From NCBI GenBank assembly GCA_031372155.1, contig JANMKS010000139.1:1-51836 (forward strand): a DNA stretch of 51,836 bases, written 5' to 3'. Below the pieces are notes generated by a model. That model searched no databases, was not told the origin of the DNA, and saw nothing but the letters and a program-made list of their open reading frames with translations. Position numbers and translations under genes: made by a program. This document shows, one piece after another, positions 37,299 through 47,014 of the stretch; within the stretch, counting starts at the first letter, position 1; each line of letters opens with the position of its first letter. This stretch comes from Sphingomonas sp. (GTDB lineage Bacteria > Pseudomonadota > Alphaproteobacteria > Sphingomonadales > Sphingomonadaceae).

Positions 37299-38090
37299 AT
37301 GTTTGCGTACCTGGCAAGCCTGCACATTAGGCTGCCCAACCATCCCGGAAAATACAGGGTTGCACGCGCGCTCATGAGTCTGGCGAAAGGATCGGCCGTG
37401 CGTTCGGCTTATGGCGTCAAGATGCGATGCGATGCCGCGGACCCGACCAATTTCTTCGCAATTTCCGGCGTGCCGAATGTCGATTACGACGACGTTTTTC
37501 GCGAAGTGTCGCGCTTGGTGCCGGGAATGGCGTTCATCGATATCGGCGCTAACGCAGGGCTGTTCTCGCTCGTAGCTGCCCAACGGCTAGGAAAATCCGG
37601 TGCAGTTATTGCCTTTGAACCGTCTCAGACGATGTATGCCACGCTTGTCGGAAACGCCGCGCTGAACGCCGTTTCTAACTTTTTTCCTTTCCGCGTAGCG
37701 CTCGGGAACGATACGGCTCTGGCAAAATTCGCTCAGGACGACGATCATAGCGGCAAGTCGCACCTTGACCCGCTTGGCGACGCTACGGTCCTTCAGAGTC
37801 GCTTTTCCGATTTGCGTGCCGTCGTCGGGGCGATCGTCGCCGACCGCGAGATCATGATAAAGATAGACGTTGAAGGCGCCGAAGGCATAGTCATCGAAAG
37901 TATCAGGCCGCTGCTTTCCTCGGATCGCGTGACGACCGTCATCGTCGAAATTGACGAAACGAATCTGGCAAGGTTTTCTACAAATGGCGTAGACCTGTAT
38001 GAGGTGATGCAGAGCTGCGGTTTTCGTCCTGATCGGGGGCGGACGACCGCTTTGCATTTCAATGAGATATTTCGTCGGGCGGTGTCCTGA
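37299..38090 (+). CDS. FkbM family methyltransferase
   Basis: FIDIGANAGLFS, AFEP, IKIDVEGAE. Confidence 0.9.
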   Translation: MFAYLASLHIRLPNHPGKYRVARALMSLAKGSAVRSAYGVKMRCDAADPTNFFAISGVPNVDYDDVFREVSRLVPGMAFIDIGANAGLFSLVAAQRLGKSGAVIAFEPSQTMYATLVGNAALNAVSNFFPFRVALGNDTALAKFAQDDDHSGKSHLDPLGDATVLQSRFSDLRAVVGAIVADREIMIKIDVEGAEGIVIESIRPLLSSDRVTTVIVEIDETNLARFSTNGVDLYEVMQSCGFRPDRGRTTALHFNEIFRRAVS

Positions 38091-38107
38091 GCACTTGGAA
38101 CAGTGAG

Positions 38108-39115
38108 TTGAAAAATACGGCGAAGGGGCCGTTGGTGCTGTTGTTCTATGACGGCTTCGAATGGCGCGCGCGAAGCGGCCGCTGGGGCAGCGCGATGGCT
38201 CAAGCGCGCAGGTTTGCGCGGTTTGCGTATCGAACCGCCCGACGGCAACAGGTGCGTACCGGATTCTACACCGCATTCCTGGCCTTGCGCCGCGCGCTCG
38301 AACAAGAGGGCTGCGACGTCCGCGTGAATGATTTCCGAACCGCTGCCGCCATGCCGGATTATCCGATCGGGATAGCGGGCTATCCCAGCGTCCTCGACGC
38401 AATACAGCTGTCCAATCCCAAAGTCTTCGGACCGGGCGACTTCGGCACGACTGCCGACGCAGTGACGGTCGCCGCTGACCCGACGATGCGGTTCCTGATT
38501 CAGCCCTCCGACTGGTTTTCCGACTATTATCGTCCAAGTTGCGGGGAGAAGATCGTCACCTGGTTTGCCGGCATCGACCTCGACCGCTGGGCCGATTCGC
38601 GGTCAGCTGACAAGTCGATCGACGTCCTCATTTACGACAAGATCCGCTGGGATCGCGATATTCAGGGTCCCGCCGTCATCGACCGGCTGAAGGCACACCT
38701 CGACAAGCGCGGCTTGCGTCATGAGACGTTACGCTATGGACATCACCACCAAGCCAGTTTCGCGCGGATGGTGGCCGGCGCAAGGTCGATGGCATTCGTG
38801 TGCGAACACGAAACGCAGGGCCTCGCCTATCAGGAGGCGCTGGCGGTCAATGTGCCGGTGTTCGCTTGGGACGAGGGCGTCTTCGTCGACCCGCTGCTCA
38901 ATGCGGCTGCGACGCCTGATCTCGCCGTGACCTCGGTCCCCTATTTCGACGAGCGATGTGGCAGCCGGTTCCGCGTCGACGGCCTGGAACAGGCATTCAC
39001 GCGTTTCTGGAATATGTTGCCGGACTTTGAACCGCGGGCATATGTCGCGGATTGCTTGTCGATGCGGAAATCGGCGGAGGCCTATCTGCAGATTTACCAA
39101 ACGGCCGCTGGCTAA
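38108..39115 (+). CDS. GT-B (GT4-like) glycosyltransferase
   Basis: PSDW, AGID and ETQGLAYQEALA (ExxxxxxxE) motifs; TTG start. Confidence 0.7.
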   Translation: MKNTAKGPLVLLFYDGFEWRARSGRWGSAMAQARRFARFAYRTARRQQVRTGFYTAFLALRRALEQEGCDVRVNDFRTAAAMPDYPIGIAGYPSVLDAIQLSNPKVFGPGDFGTTADAVTVAADPTMRFLIQPSDWFSDYYRPSCGEKIVTWFAGIDLDRWADSRSADKSIDVLIYDKIRWDRDIQGPAVIDRLKAHLDKRGLRHETLRYGHHHQASFARMVAGARSMAFVCEHETQGLAYQEALAVNVPVFAWDEGVFVDPLLNAAATPDLAVTSVPYFDERCGSRFRVDGLEQAFTRFWNMLPDFEPRAYVADCLSMRKSAEAYLQIYQTAAG

Positions 39116-40434
39116 ACCCGTCGTGGCCGAAAACGGGAGCGCGGGATAATGGCAAGGCGCGTCGTTCGCTGGGCAACTGACTTTCCGCTTCCCGACGGAG
39201 CAAAAGCATACACCGCCGTTGCAATCCACAGGACCGTCCACAGGCTGAACGGTGCGACCAAGCCATTCTCGGTGTAGCTGCGGACGTATTGCACGGCCAG
39301 AAGCGAGATCAGGCAAGCCATCGAAATCGACGGGCGGGTAATTTGGCGCACCACCGCCGCCACTCCGATCGCGGCGCATGTCGTTATCAAGAGCACGACA
39401 CCGACCCAGCCGAGTTCGACGCGAATCTCGACGAAAGCATTGTGGAAGTTAAAGCCGTTTCGGCTGCCGATGCCCGCCCATCGCCAAAGTCCTTCCGCAT
39501 CGATGTTGCCGCGTCGCCAGAACGACGAATAGCCTTGGCCCAGCAACGGATTCTCTGCGCTGATCCGGGCTGCCGCTTCCCATAGTTGGGTACGCCCGGT
39601 CAGTGTCGCATCCTTCTTCAAGACGTTCGTTCGGAAATCACCCCAAGCGGTCTGGATATCAGGGAGAAACACGAGCGCAATCGCCAGGGCGACAAGGACT
39701 GCGATCATTATGGCTACGCGCCACGGAAGCTTGAACTTGCCGAGGAGCAAGATCGGAACGAACGTCAGCAGGGTAATCGCAAGCGACGTACGCGCCCCAG
39801 CCGACTGCGAGAGGAGAAGGATAATAAGGCCCATTGGCAAGGCCACCAGCGTCGAGAGGCGGGCAATGGGCCGCTGCTGAGGCTGGACGGCAACAGCCAG
39901 GGCAAGCGCGATCAACATGTGTGCGGCAAAGCCGACCTGATTTTTGCTGCCCAGAAAGGCGCTGCCCAGTGGCTGTCCATTGGCAAGACTTGCCGGGATC
40001 GTCGGAACGATCAGCAGGCAGATGAAGGCATAGCCAACAAACAAGATCAGCAGGAACCGATCGAGTGAAACGCGCCGTGCGACGATGATTGCGGCAACGA
40101 ACGTGAGGAGCAATTGCATCGCCAGGCGCAGCGTCCCTTGTGGCGCAGGAGACCACAAGGTCGAAATCATGGCGAGAATGGGCAGCAGCAGCAGCGGAGC
40201 GAATTTTACCAAGTCCCGAAGCGTTTCGCCTGGCCTGATCGTTGCAAAGGCCAGCGTGGCGAGAATGAAAATCAGCGCACCAAGCGTTCCGACGATCGTT
40301 GTCGCAACCAGCGCGAGCAATGCGCTCACGCCCAGCAGCAGCTCTGCTCGCGGGAAGTTCACCGGGGCGGACGCGCTGCGCTGGAATCCAGCGGCATTGA
40401 TCGCATTTTGGCGGGGGAGGCGGGAAACTTTCAA
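39112..40434 (-). CDS. Wzy/O-antigen-ligase family polymerase (ExoQ-like)
   Basis: STLWS..P, SKNQVG, SQS, DATLTGRTQLW, PLLGQGY, FHNAFVE...ELGWVG. Confidence 0.85.
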   Translation of the reverse strand: MKVSRLPRQNAINAAGFQRSASAPVNFPRAELLLGVSALLALVATTIVGTLGALIFILATLAFATIRPGETLRDLVKFAPLLLLPILAMISTLWSPAPQGTLRLAMQLLLTFVAAIIVARRVSLDRFLLILFVGYAFICLLIVPTIPASLANGQPLGSAFLGSKNQVGFAAHMLIALALAVAVQPQQRPIARLSTLVALPMGLIILLLSQSAGARTSLAITLLTFVPILLLGKFKLPWRVAIMIAVLVALAIALVFLPDIQTAWGDFRTNVLKKDATLTGRTQLWEAAARISAENPLLGQGYSSFWRRGNIDAEGLWRWAGIGSRNGFNFHNAFVEIRVELGWVGVVLLITTCAAIGVAAVVRQITRPSISMACLISLLAVQYVRSYTENGLVAPFSLWTVLWIATAVYAFAPSGSGKSVAQRTTRLAIIPRSRFRPRRV

Positions 40435-40498
40435 GCCGAGGCCCTGAAACTAGGATGCCGACAAATAGCAGCGCGCAGACGGGCCTGTAAACGCGACT

Positions 40499-41464
40499 CT
40501 ATCGCTTGCGCTCATCGAACATGCTCCGCGCGCCTTGCCAGATGTTTCGGACACCACGGGCAGCGTTGACCAACAGCGTAGCGGCGCCAAATCCGAGCGC
40601 GCGGTGAAGTCGGTTTTGCAACCCTTGGCGAGGAACTTGAAAGCCAGGATCGAGAGTGTAGAGCCAATCCCGCAGAGCGCGACCTTCCTCTCTGTGCGTG
40701 GAGGAAATCCGGAGCGCCAACGGCCAAATATTGTTACAAATGGCGCGCAGCCGCCGCGGACTGCTCAAGCCGCGCTCGACCACCATATCCACTGCCCTTC
40801 GAAACATCAGCAGATCCTGCCAGTTCGTCGCGATCGCGGCCGAGCCCGGCCGAAATTGCAGGCGGTCACGCCTGTGATGACGATGGAGGAGGGTCGGCTC
40901 TTCTACGGCAACGACGCTTGGCTGTGCCAACGCGGCTTCGATTACGAACATCCGGTCGTCGTGAAACGAAAACTCCGGACGATGGCGGATGTCACGGAGA
41001 AACGCCTTGCGAAATAGATACGCCGAATAGTGCGAACTGTCGCATTCGCCGAGTTGCTGAGCGAGAAAGTCTCCACAATCGCTCCACGGATGTGCGATCG
41101 TCGCGCCGGATTCCTCGTCCCAGGCATGATAGCCGGCAACAACGATATCGGCCGACGCACGAAGGCCTGCGCTGTATTGCAGCCGATTGGCTTCGGCCAT
41201 CAGCATGTCGTCTGAATCCAGAAAGCGGACGTACTCGCCCCTTGCCAGATCGAATGCGCGATTGACCGCATAAGCCTTGCCGGCATTTTCCTGTCGAAGC
41301 GCAACAACGTTCGGCTGATTGCTGAGCCAGTGCCAGGTGCCGTCGCTGCTTCCGTCGTCGATCACGATGATTTCGCTATCGGGATCGCCGGGCCGACAAG
41401 ATGCGATGGCATCGGGCAAACACCATAGCCGATTGAACGAAGGAATGATGACCGAAACCTTCAC
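40499..41464 (-). CDS. GT2 glycosyltransferase
   Basis: VSVIIPSFNR, IDDGSSD, FLDSDD; GTGA overlap with exoM. Confidence 0.88.
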   Translation of the reverse strand: MKVSVIIPSFNRLWCLPDAIASCRPGDPDSEIIVIDDGSSDGTWHWLSNQPNVVALRQENAGKAYAVNRAFDLARGEYVRFLDSDDMLMAEANRLQYSAGLRASADIVVAGYHAWDEESGATIAHPWSDCGDFLAQQLGECDSSHYSAYLFRKAFLRDIRHRPEFSFHDDRMFVIEAALAQPSVVAVEEPTLLHRHHRRDRLQFRPGSAAIATNWQDLLMFRRAVDMVVERGLSSPRRLRAICNNIWPLALRISSTHREEGRALRDWLYTLDPGFQVPRQGLQNRLHRALGFGAATLLVNAARGVRNIWQGARSMFDERKR

Positions 41465-42363
41465 GCGCGCCGGGTTCTATGCGCGTCGCCATATTCGCGG
41501 TGGGGCGAGAACCCCAGCGCCGAGGCGACGACTCCCACGTGCAGTATCGCGCGCAGTGCCGCCCTTCGGCCAAACGCGGGTGCGAAGGGGAAAGCCGCGC
41601 CCTGCACAAGACAGGCGGCACTCTTCGCCAAAGCTGCGAGAGCGGTGCTGAAACCGGGATACAGCAATGCGTGAGTCTGCCCCGACCGATAGCGCCGCCG
41701 AGCGACCCAGGCGAAATTTGCACGCGCCAGAGAAACTTCTTCGTGGACGACAGCGCCGGGAGCATAGTTGAAGCGCGCACCGGCATGATTTGCGCTTGCG
41801 AAGAACACCGTGTCCTCGCCTCCCGTCTGCCCCAGCGCCTCGAGAAAGCGTAGCCCTTGGGCTTCGACGAAAGCGCGGTCCATCAGCACATTGGATGTAT
41901 AGCCGTTCCACGGCAGATCGTTCCCGGCAATACGGTTCGAGTGATAATCGCCCTTGACGATCCACTCCGGGATGCGATCGTCTCGATATTCCGCCTGCGA
42001 AACTCCGAAAACGAACTGAACGCCGTCCCGCCGCGAGAGCAACTGCTCTATCCAATCGGTCTCGGCTGTTTCATCATCGTCTATGAAAGCGATCCAGTCG
42101 TTGCGCGCGGCGTCGAGACACGCATTTCGCGCGCGCGAGATATTTTGATGCGGAGCATGCACATAGGTCAGGTCGAGCGATAGTTTCTGCGCGTAGGCAT
42201 CGACCTCAGCGCGAAGCCGGTCTGTTTCGTCATTGTCCGCCACGATCGTCCGCAGCGAAACGCCGGCGGGCAGCCGCTGAGCGCCAATCGAATCCAGCGT
42301 CGCAAAAAGTGAAGTCCGTCGAAACGTACAGACGCACACATCGATTTGTTCCGTCGTCAACAC
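41461..42363 (-). CDS. exoM: GT2 glucosyltransferase, ExoM-like
   Basis: IDVCVCTFRR, VADND, HQNISRARNACLD, FIDDDE, YTSNVL, GGEDTVFF, RRYRSGQTH. Confidence 0.85.
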   Translation of the reverse strand: MLTTEQIDVCVCTFRRTSLFATLDSIGAQRLPAGVSLRTIVADNDETDRLRAEVDAYAQKLSLDLTYVHAPHQNISRARNACLDAARNDWIAFIDDDETAETDWIEQLLSRRDGVQFVFGVSQAEYRDDRIPEWIVKGDYHSNRIAGNDLPWNGYTSNVLMDRAFVEAQGLRFLEALGQTGGEDTVFFASANHAGARFNYAPGAVVHEEVSLARANFAWVARRRYRSGQTHALLYPGFSTALAALAKSAACLVQGAAFPFAPAFGRRAALRAILHVGVVASALGFSPHREYGDAHRTRRA

Positions 42364-43331
42364 TGCATGATCTCAGCGAGTGCGCGCACAGCGGCAGGAT
42401 CGTCTTGCGCCTCCGCGCGCGGAAACCATCGCCTCAGTTGCGCAAGTACCGGCATACGCAGCAGGCCGAGGGCAGCGGGGTTCGCGATCCCAATCCTGGC
42501 GAATTGCAGCGGATCGCTTTGCTTCAACGCATCGATCAGTCCTGCAAACGCCAGCGCCTTGCCCAGTCCCTGATTACGCTTTGCCAGCGCCTGTCGAACT
42601 TGCGGAAGTGCGGTGGACAAATCGGCGGCCAGCTTTTGCCCGCCACGCAGCATTGCGGCCGCGTTATCTACTGACAAACGATGAGAGGTCGAAGCGAGGT
42701 GCCGTCGATAGCCGTACCGAGGCACGGGGTCGATCCAATAGTGCAATCCTGCCGCAAGCATTCGCGCGACAAAGTCATCATCTTCGGCGATTCTCAATGC
42801 AGGATCGTACTGCACACCGCTTCGCCGCAGCGCGTCCCGCCGAATCAAGGGCTTGAGGTAGCCCAGGTTCGCACCACCTCCGTAAATCACTGTACGTCGA
42901 AGGTATTCATCCAGAGGGAGCCGCCCGCCGCGTTCTGCGGGCCCAAGGAAGCGTTCGGTCGGGGTGCCGTTCCCAAAGACGATCAGGTCATCCGCGACGA
43001 TGTCCGCTGCCTGTTGCTGACCAATTTCGACGAGCTGGCGCAGGCGGTCGGGGGCCATCAAGTCGTCGGCGTCCAATACGGCAAGCCACTCCCCCCTCGC
43101 ATGCGAAATGGCAAAGTTGCGAGCGGCACCGGGACCCGTGTTTTCGGTGAGGACATGCACCTGCACACGCGCGTCGCCGGCGGCTTCAGATGCAACCGCG
43201 CAGACCGTCGCATCCGTCGACGCATCGTCCACGACGATGACTTCGAGGTCGGTCAACGTCTGTCGCAGCGCGGACCGAAGTGCCGCGCCGATAAAGGGCG
43301 CGGAATTAAAACTGGCTATGGCGACCGACAC
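42357..43331 (-). CDS. exoO: GT2 glucosyltransferase, ExoO-like
   Basis: SALRQ, GPGAARN, WLAVLDADD, IVADDL, NLGYLKP, LRIAED, STSHRL. Confidence 0.78.
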   Translation of the reverse strand: MSVAIASFNSAPFIGAALRSALRQTLTDLEVIVVDDASTDATVCAVASEAAGDARVQVHVLTENTGPGAARNFAISHARGEWLAVLDADDLMAPDRLRQLVEIGQQQAADIVADDLIVFGNGTPTERFLGPAERGGRLPLDEYLRRTVIYGGGANLGYLKPLIRRDALRRSGVQYDPALRIAEDDDFVARMLAAGLHYWIDPVPRYGYRRHLASTSHRLSVDNAAAMLRGGQKLAADLSTALPQVRQALAKRNQGLGKALAFAGLIDALKQSDPLQFARIGIANPAALGLLRMPVLAQLRRWFPRAEAQDDPAAVRALAEIMQC

Positions 43332-43350
43332 TTTGGGCCGGTCCGCTGCA

Positions 43351-44313
43351 TTATCCGAGCAGATACCGCACCTCCTTCGTCTCGACGGGTGCGCGCGCCA
43401 TTTTATCGGCTGCTATGTCCAGCGCGATGTCGGCGATCAGCCCGGGCTTTTTGGCGGCGTCGATCACTGCGCTAACCAAACCGCGTTGCGCCTTCGCGTC
43501 AAGAAACCGTCGATGGGCGTGTTTGCGGACGACGCTTGCACGATGAGCCTGCACCGCTCGTCGTGCTGGTTGCGGCATTTGATGCTCGAGAAGTTCTGCA
43601 TCCGACGCGGCGAGCGCGGCCAGATCTTCGGCCGTGTGTTGTCCGCTAAGCGAACTTTTCCGCTGCACAGCCAGATACCCGCATCTGCGGTCGATCAGAA
43701 AGCGCGCTCCCGCCGCGAGCATGCGCGCGTACAGCGCATAGTCCTCGCCAAGCCTCATTGACGGATCATAGCGAAGTCCGTGAAGTAATAGAAATTCGCG
43801 GCGCATCACGGGTTTCAAGAAACCTAACTCGGCCCGTGGTCGACGCCGCACCGAGACATTGGCTTGGACGAATGTCTCAAGCGTCAGGCATTCGGTTTGG
43901 CCCGACTCGGCGTCGCAATCCGCAATGCTAAAACCCTTCACCGCGTTCTCGTGAACGAAACCGACGTTGTCCGCGATCGCATCCCAGCCCTCAACCCCGA
44001 GCAAGCGAGCAAAGCGTCCGGGCAGGAATTGGTCGTCGGCGTCCAAGACCGCGATGAGCGGAGATTTCGAAAGCGAGATCGCACGGTTGCGGGCCTGCGA
44101 TGGCCCCAGATTTTCTGTCTGCGCGAACACCTTCAGTCGTGCTGTGCCATCACAAGAGGCGCGTGCCGCCTGCACCGTCCGGTCGCTTGAGCAGTCGTCC
44201 ACGACAACGACCTCGGCAACCTCCGCCTGCGCCAAGGCAGAGTGGATCGCGGTCGCTATCGTCGCCTCCGCATTCCACGCTGCAATGACGACCGCGACAT
44301 GCTCGTGGCTCAC
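43351..44313 (-). CDS. exoU: GT2 glucosyltransferase, ExoU-like
   Basis: AEVVVVDD, DGTARL, SPLIAVLDADD.FLPGR, WDAIADN, ELGFLKP, LGEDY.LY, SLSGQH. Confidence 0.85.
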   Translation of the reverse strand: MSHEHVAVVIAAWNAEATIATAIHSALAQAEVAEVVVVDDCSSDRTVQAARASCDGTARLKVFAQTENLGPSQARNRAISLSKSPLIAVLDADDQFLPGRFARLLGVEGWDAIADNVGFVHENAVKGFSIADCDAESGQTECLTLETFVQANVSVRRRPRAELGFLKPVMRREFLLLHGLRYDPSMRLGEDYALYARMLAAGARFLIDRRCGYLAVQRKSSLSGQHTAEDLAALAASDAELLEHQMPQPARRAVQAHRASVVRKHAHRRFLDAKAQRGLVSAVIDAAKKPGLIADIALDIAADKMARAPVETKEVRYLLG

Positions 44314-44399
44314 GCCGAGGCTCCCTTCGCGCCCGCGCCTTGCGAAAATCGGCCGCCAAAGCTATCCGGCTGCCTAAGTCCGTGTCGGGAGTAGGTCGT

Positions 44400-44981
44400 T
44401 TGAAAACCTGGAGCATCGGGACGATCTTGTCCTTTGCCTTGTGCATTGCTGCCCCTGGCTGCGCTGCGCCGACCGCGCCCGCCTCGACGGCTACGATTGC
44501 TCCTCCCTCCCAGGACATCGAATACACGCTCGCTTCCGGGGACAAGATACGGGTGATCGTCTTCGGCGAGGAGACGCTGACAGGCGAATACGTCATCACA
44601 AGCGGCGGGAATTTGAGCTTTCCTCTGGTGGGTAATCTTAAGGCGACTGACAAGACGGTTGAACAGCTTCAGTCGGCGCTCGCTGCAGCATTGAACGACG
44701 GATACATCAACAACCCGCGCGTCAGCATTCAGGTTATTTCGTTCAGGCCGTTCTACATATTGGGCGAAGTGAACCGACCCGGCGAATATCCCGTGTCGAC
44801 CGGGCTGACGCTGCAACAGGCGGTCGCATCTGCAGGCGGCTATACGTATCGCGCCAATACCAAGCGCGCATTCGTGAAGCGAGCGAACGACACGGCCGAA
44901 AAGCTGGTCGAATTGCGTGGGCAGGGTCCTGTCATAATTCGCGCGGGCGACACAATTCGAATTGCGGAACGCCATTTCTGA
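44400..44981 (+). CDS. Wza/OPX polysaccharide export lipoprotein (short form)
   Basis: GGGAG RBS then TTG; lipobox AAPGC; YTLASGDKIRV, RPFYILGEV.RPGEYP, AGGYTYRAN, ERHF. Confidence 0.88.
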   Translation: MKTWSIGTILSFALCIAAPGCAAPTAPASTATIAPPSQDIEYTLASGDKIRVIVFGEETLTGEYVITSGGNLSFPLVGNLKATDKTVEQLQSALAAALNDGYINNPRVSIQVISFRPFYILGEVNRPGEYPVSTGLTLQQAVASAGGYTYRANTKRAFVKRANDTAEKLVELRGQGPVIIRAGDTIRIAERHF

Positions 44982-44995
44982 TTTGAAATTGTCCG

Positions 44996-46105
44996 TCATC
45001 GCGTAAGCGCCTGTACCAGCGATCGGCAATCGCCTGCATCGGCAATAAGCGCCTCTCTGGGTATAATGCCGATGGCGTCACGCATGCTGCGATACGTCGG
45101 CTCGTTGAGGCCGGTCAGGCGCGCTCGAACCTCCTTCTCAACGTTGTCGACTATCAAACCCACACCGTGACGGGCAAGCCATCGTCCCGTTTCCACTTCT
45201 TTCTGAGCGATCGGTACGACCCGATGCGCCAATGCTTCGTACAGGCGGTTGGGAAGTAACCAGTTCGAATTGAGGCCTTCTTCGAAATAGTCGATCGCCC
45301 ACGCGAAATGGACGCGTGCGTAGAGTGCGGAAATCTGGGCTGCGGTGTATCGGCCCAGAAATGTCATTCCCGGAATGCTTGCGACGCGCGCCTCGAAATC
45401 GTCAAACTCCCGGCCCGACGCAATTCCTGCGACCAGCACTTCCACCCGACCAGAACTTGCTCTCACGATCGCCTCAAGTTGCTCCAGAGTACGCCTGCAA
45501 CGAAGCATTCCGAACCAGCCTATGACCCAAGGCGGACCAGGCGCAGGACGCTCCGCCGTCTGGAGAGCAGAGCCAGCATCGATTTGAAGAACCTTGTTTT
45601 CAAGCAGGATGATGGGAACCGTAACGCGCCTCATTCGGCGGAAATAATCGTCCCGGAAGCGCGGAGAACTCGTCACGATCAAGTCGACCTGAGCAAGCAG
45701 GAGGCGCTCGACCCGCTGTACGATGCGCGCGCTCAGTCTGGTCTCCAGCAGCGTGCGGTGAACGTCGAGGCACTCATAGGCAAGCAGTCGGCCGCCTTTG
45801 AGCCTAGTGGCAAGAACAAGCGATTCGAGGTTGCGGGCAATGATCGTGTCAGCGCCCGAAATCCTCCGGCGAACCTCCCCGATCGTCGTGAACGCACGCA
45901 AAATAGCACCGATGCGGTGTAACAACCGGCCATCCAGAGTCGTACCCAACTCCATGACCTCGACGCCCTCCAGCGCGCTCGTCTCTCCCGCATGACGGCG
46001 AAAGCCGATAACGATCACGCGGGCACCGCCGGCATGCAACATCCGAACCCGACGAAGGACTGCCGCGTCCGTCAGATCATGGACGAAGTAAGCAACCCGA
46101 AGCAT
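44996..46105 (-). CDS. exoL: Glucosyltransferase, ExoL-like
   Basis: YFVHDLTDAAVLRRV.ML.AGGA, ARNLE, YECLDVH, ENKV, IGWFG.LRC, HFAWAIDYFEEGLNS.WLLPNRLYE. Confidence 0.9.
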   Translation of the reverse strand: MLRVAYFVHDLTDAAVLRRVRMLHAGGARVIVIGFRRHAGETSALEGVEVMELGTTLDGRLLHRIGAILRAFTTIGEVRRRISGADTIIARNLESLVLATRLKGGRLLAYECLDVHRTLLETRLSARIVQRVERLLLAQVDLIVTSSPRFRDDYFRRMRRVTVPIILLENKVLQIDAGSALQTAERPAPGPPWVIGWFGMLRCRRTLEQLEAIVRASSGRVEVLVAGIASGREFDDFEARVASIPGMTFLGRYTAAQISALYARVHFAWAIDYFEEGLNSNWLLPNRLYEALAHRVVPIAQKEVETGRWLARHGVGLIVDNVEKEVRARLTGLNEPTYRSMRDAIGIIPREALIADAGDCRSLVQALTR

Positions 46106-46122
46106 GGGTAAAGTCGTCCTGC

Positions 46123-46968
46123 CTATTTTGGCTTGAAGGCGGGATCATACTCGATCTTGGCGTCTTTGCGCAGTTTGGTCATCGCGGTGGCAAGCGTTTT
46201 GGCCGCACGCTCCCGCCGCAAGGCTTCGGTTGCAGCGGGAGTCCAGTCGGCCTCGCTCGTCGCACCACCCGCGCGGTTGGTGATGGCGCTGATGAAAGTT
46301 GTGCCGCCAGTCGAGACATCAAATATCTCACCGTTGGGAAGTGCGACGATCTGGCGCGCGACGGCCGGATCGATCGATGCCGTGTCGAGAACCGCGGGAG
46401 CGCGCTGGAACGCCACCCCCTCTGCCTTCAATTGCGCCCCGATCGCATCGAGCGAACCGAGCTTTGTGAGCGCCTGAATCTTCTTGGCGTCACCGGGAGT
46501 CGCAAAGCGCAGTTGATCGAGGTCAAGACGCTGGCGTCCGGCAAACAGCGTGGGATTCTTGGCGACATAATCGCGCACCTGAGCAGCGGTCGGGGTTGGC
46601 TGCGCGCCCACGAGTTTCCTGACCGCCAGGTCGGCGAGCAGCGCTTCCTCGATCTGTCGACGGCGAGCAACGAATTCAGGGCCACGGTCGAGACCCTCTT
46701 TGCGGGCATAACCGGCGAGCAGGTTGCGATCGATGATCCGCTGAAGAATAGGTGCGCGAGCGGCTTGGGCGTCCTGGCCGGGCTGCTGGCGCATTCCCTC
46801 CGCCTCCGCGCGCAACTCCTGCTGCGTAATCTCGACATTGTCGACGACAGCTGCAACCTGGCCGCCGGGTTTCTTGTCGCAGCCGACAATCCCCGCAACA
46901 AGAACAAGGCCAGCGGCGCTGCGAACAATGATCCGCAAATGCACACCAATTTTCCCTTGGTTCATCAT
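46123..46968 (-). CDS. EpsD-family SurA/PPIase-like lipoprotein (EPS/PEP-CTERM associated)
   Basis: Lipobox GIVGC; KPGGQVAAVV..EIT..EL, IIDRNLLA..A...GLDR, NP.LFA.R, AKIEY. Confidence 0.78.
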   Translation of the reverse strand: MMNQGKIGVHLRIIVRSAAGLVLVAGIVGCDKKPGGQVAAVVDNVEITQQELRAEAEGMRQQPGQDAQAARAPILQRIIDRNLLAGYARKEGLDRGPEFVARRRQIEEALLADLAVRKLVGAQPTPTAAQVRDYVAKNPTLFAGRQRLDLDQLRFATPGDAKKIQALTKLGSLDAIGAQLKAEGVAFQRAPAVLDTASIDPAVARQIVALPNGEIFDVSTGGTTFISAITNRAGGATSEADWTPAATEALRRERAAKTLATAMTKLRKDAKIEYDPAFKPK

Positions 46969-47014
46969 TTTCCACTTTCACTCGATCACACAAAACGCAC
47001 TAGCAGCGCTTGCG

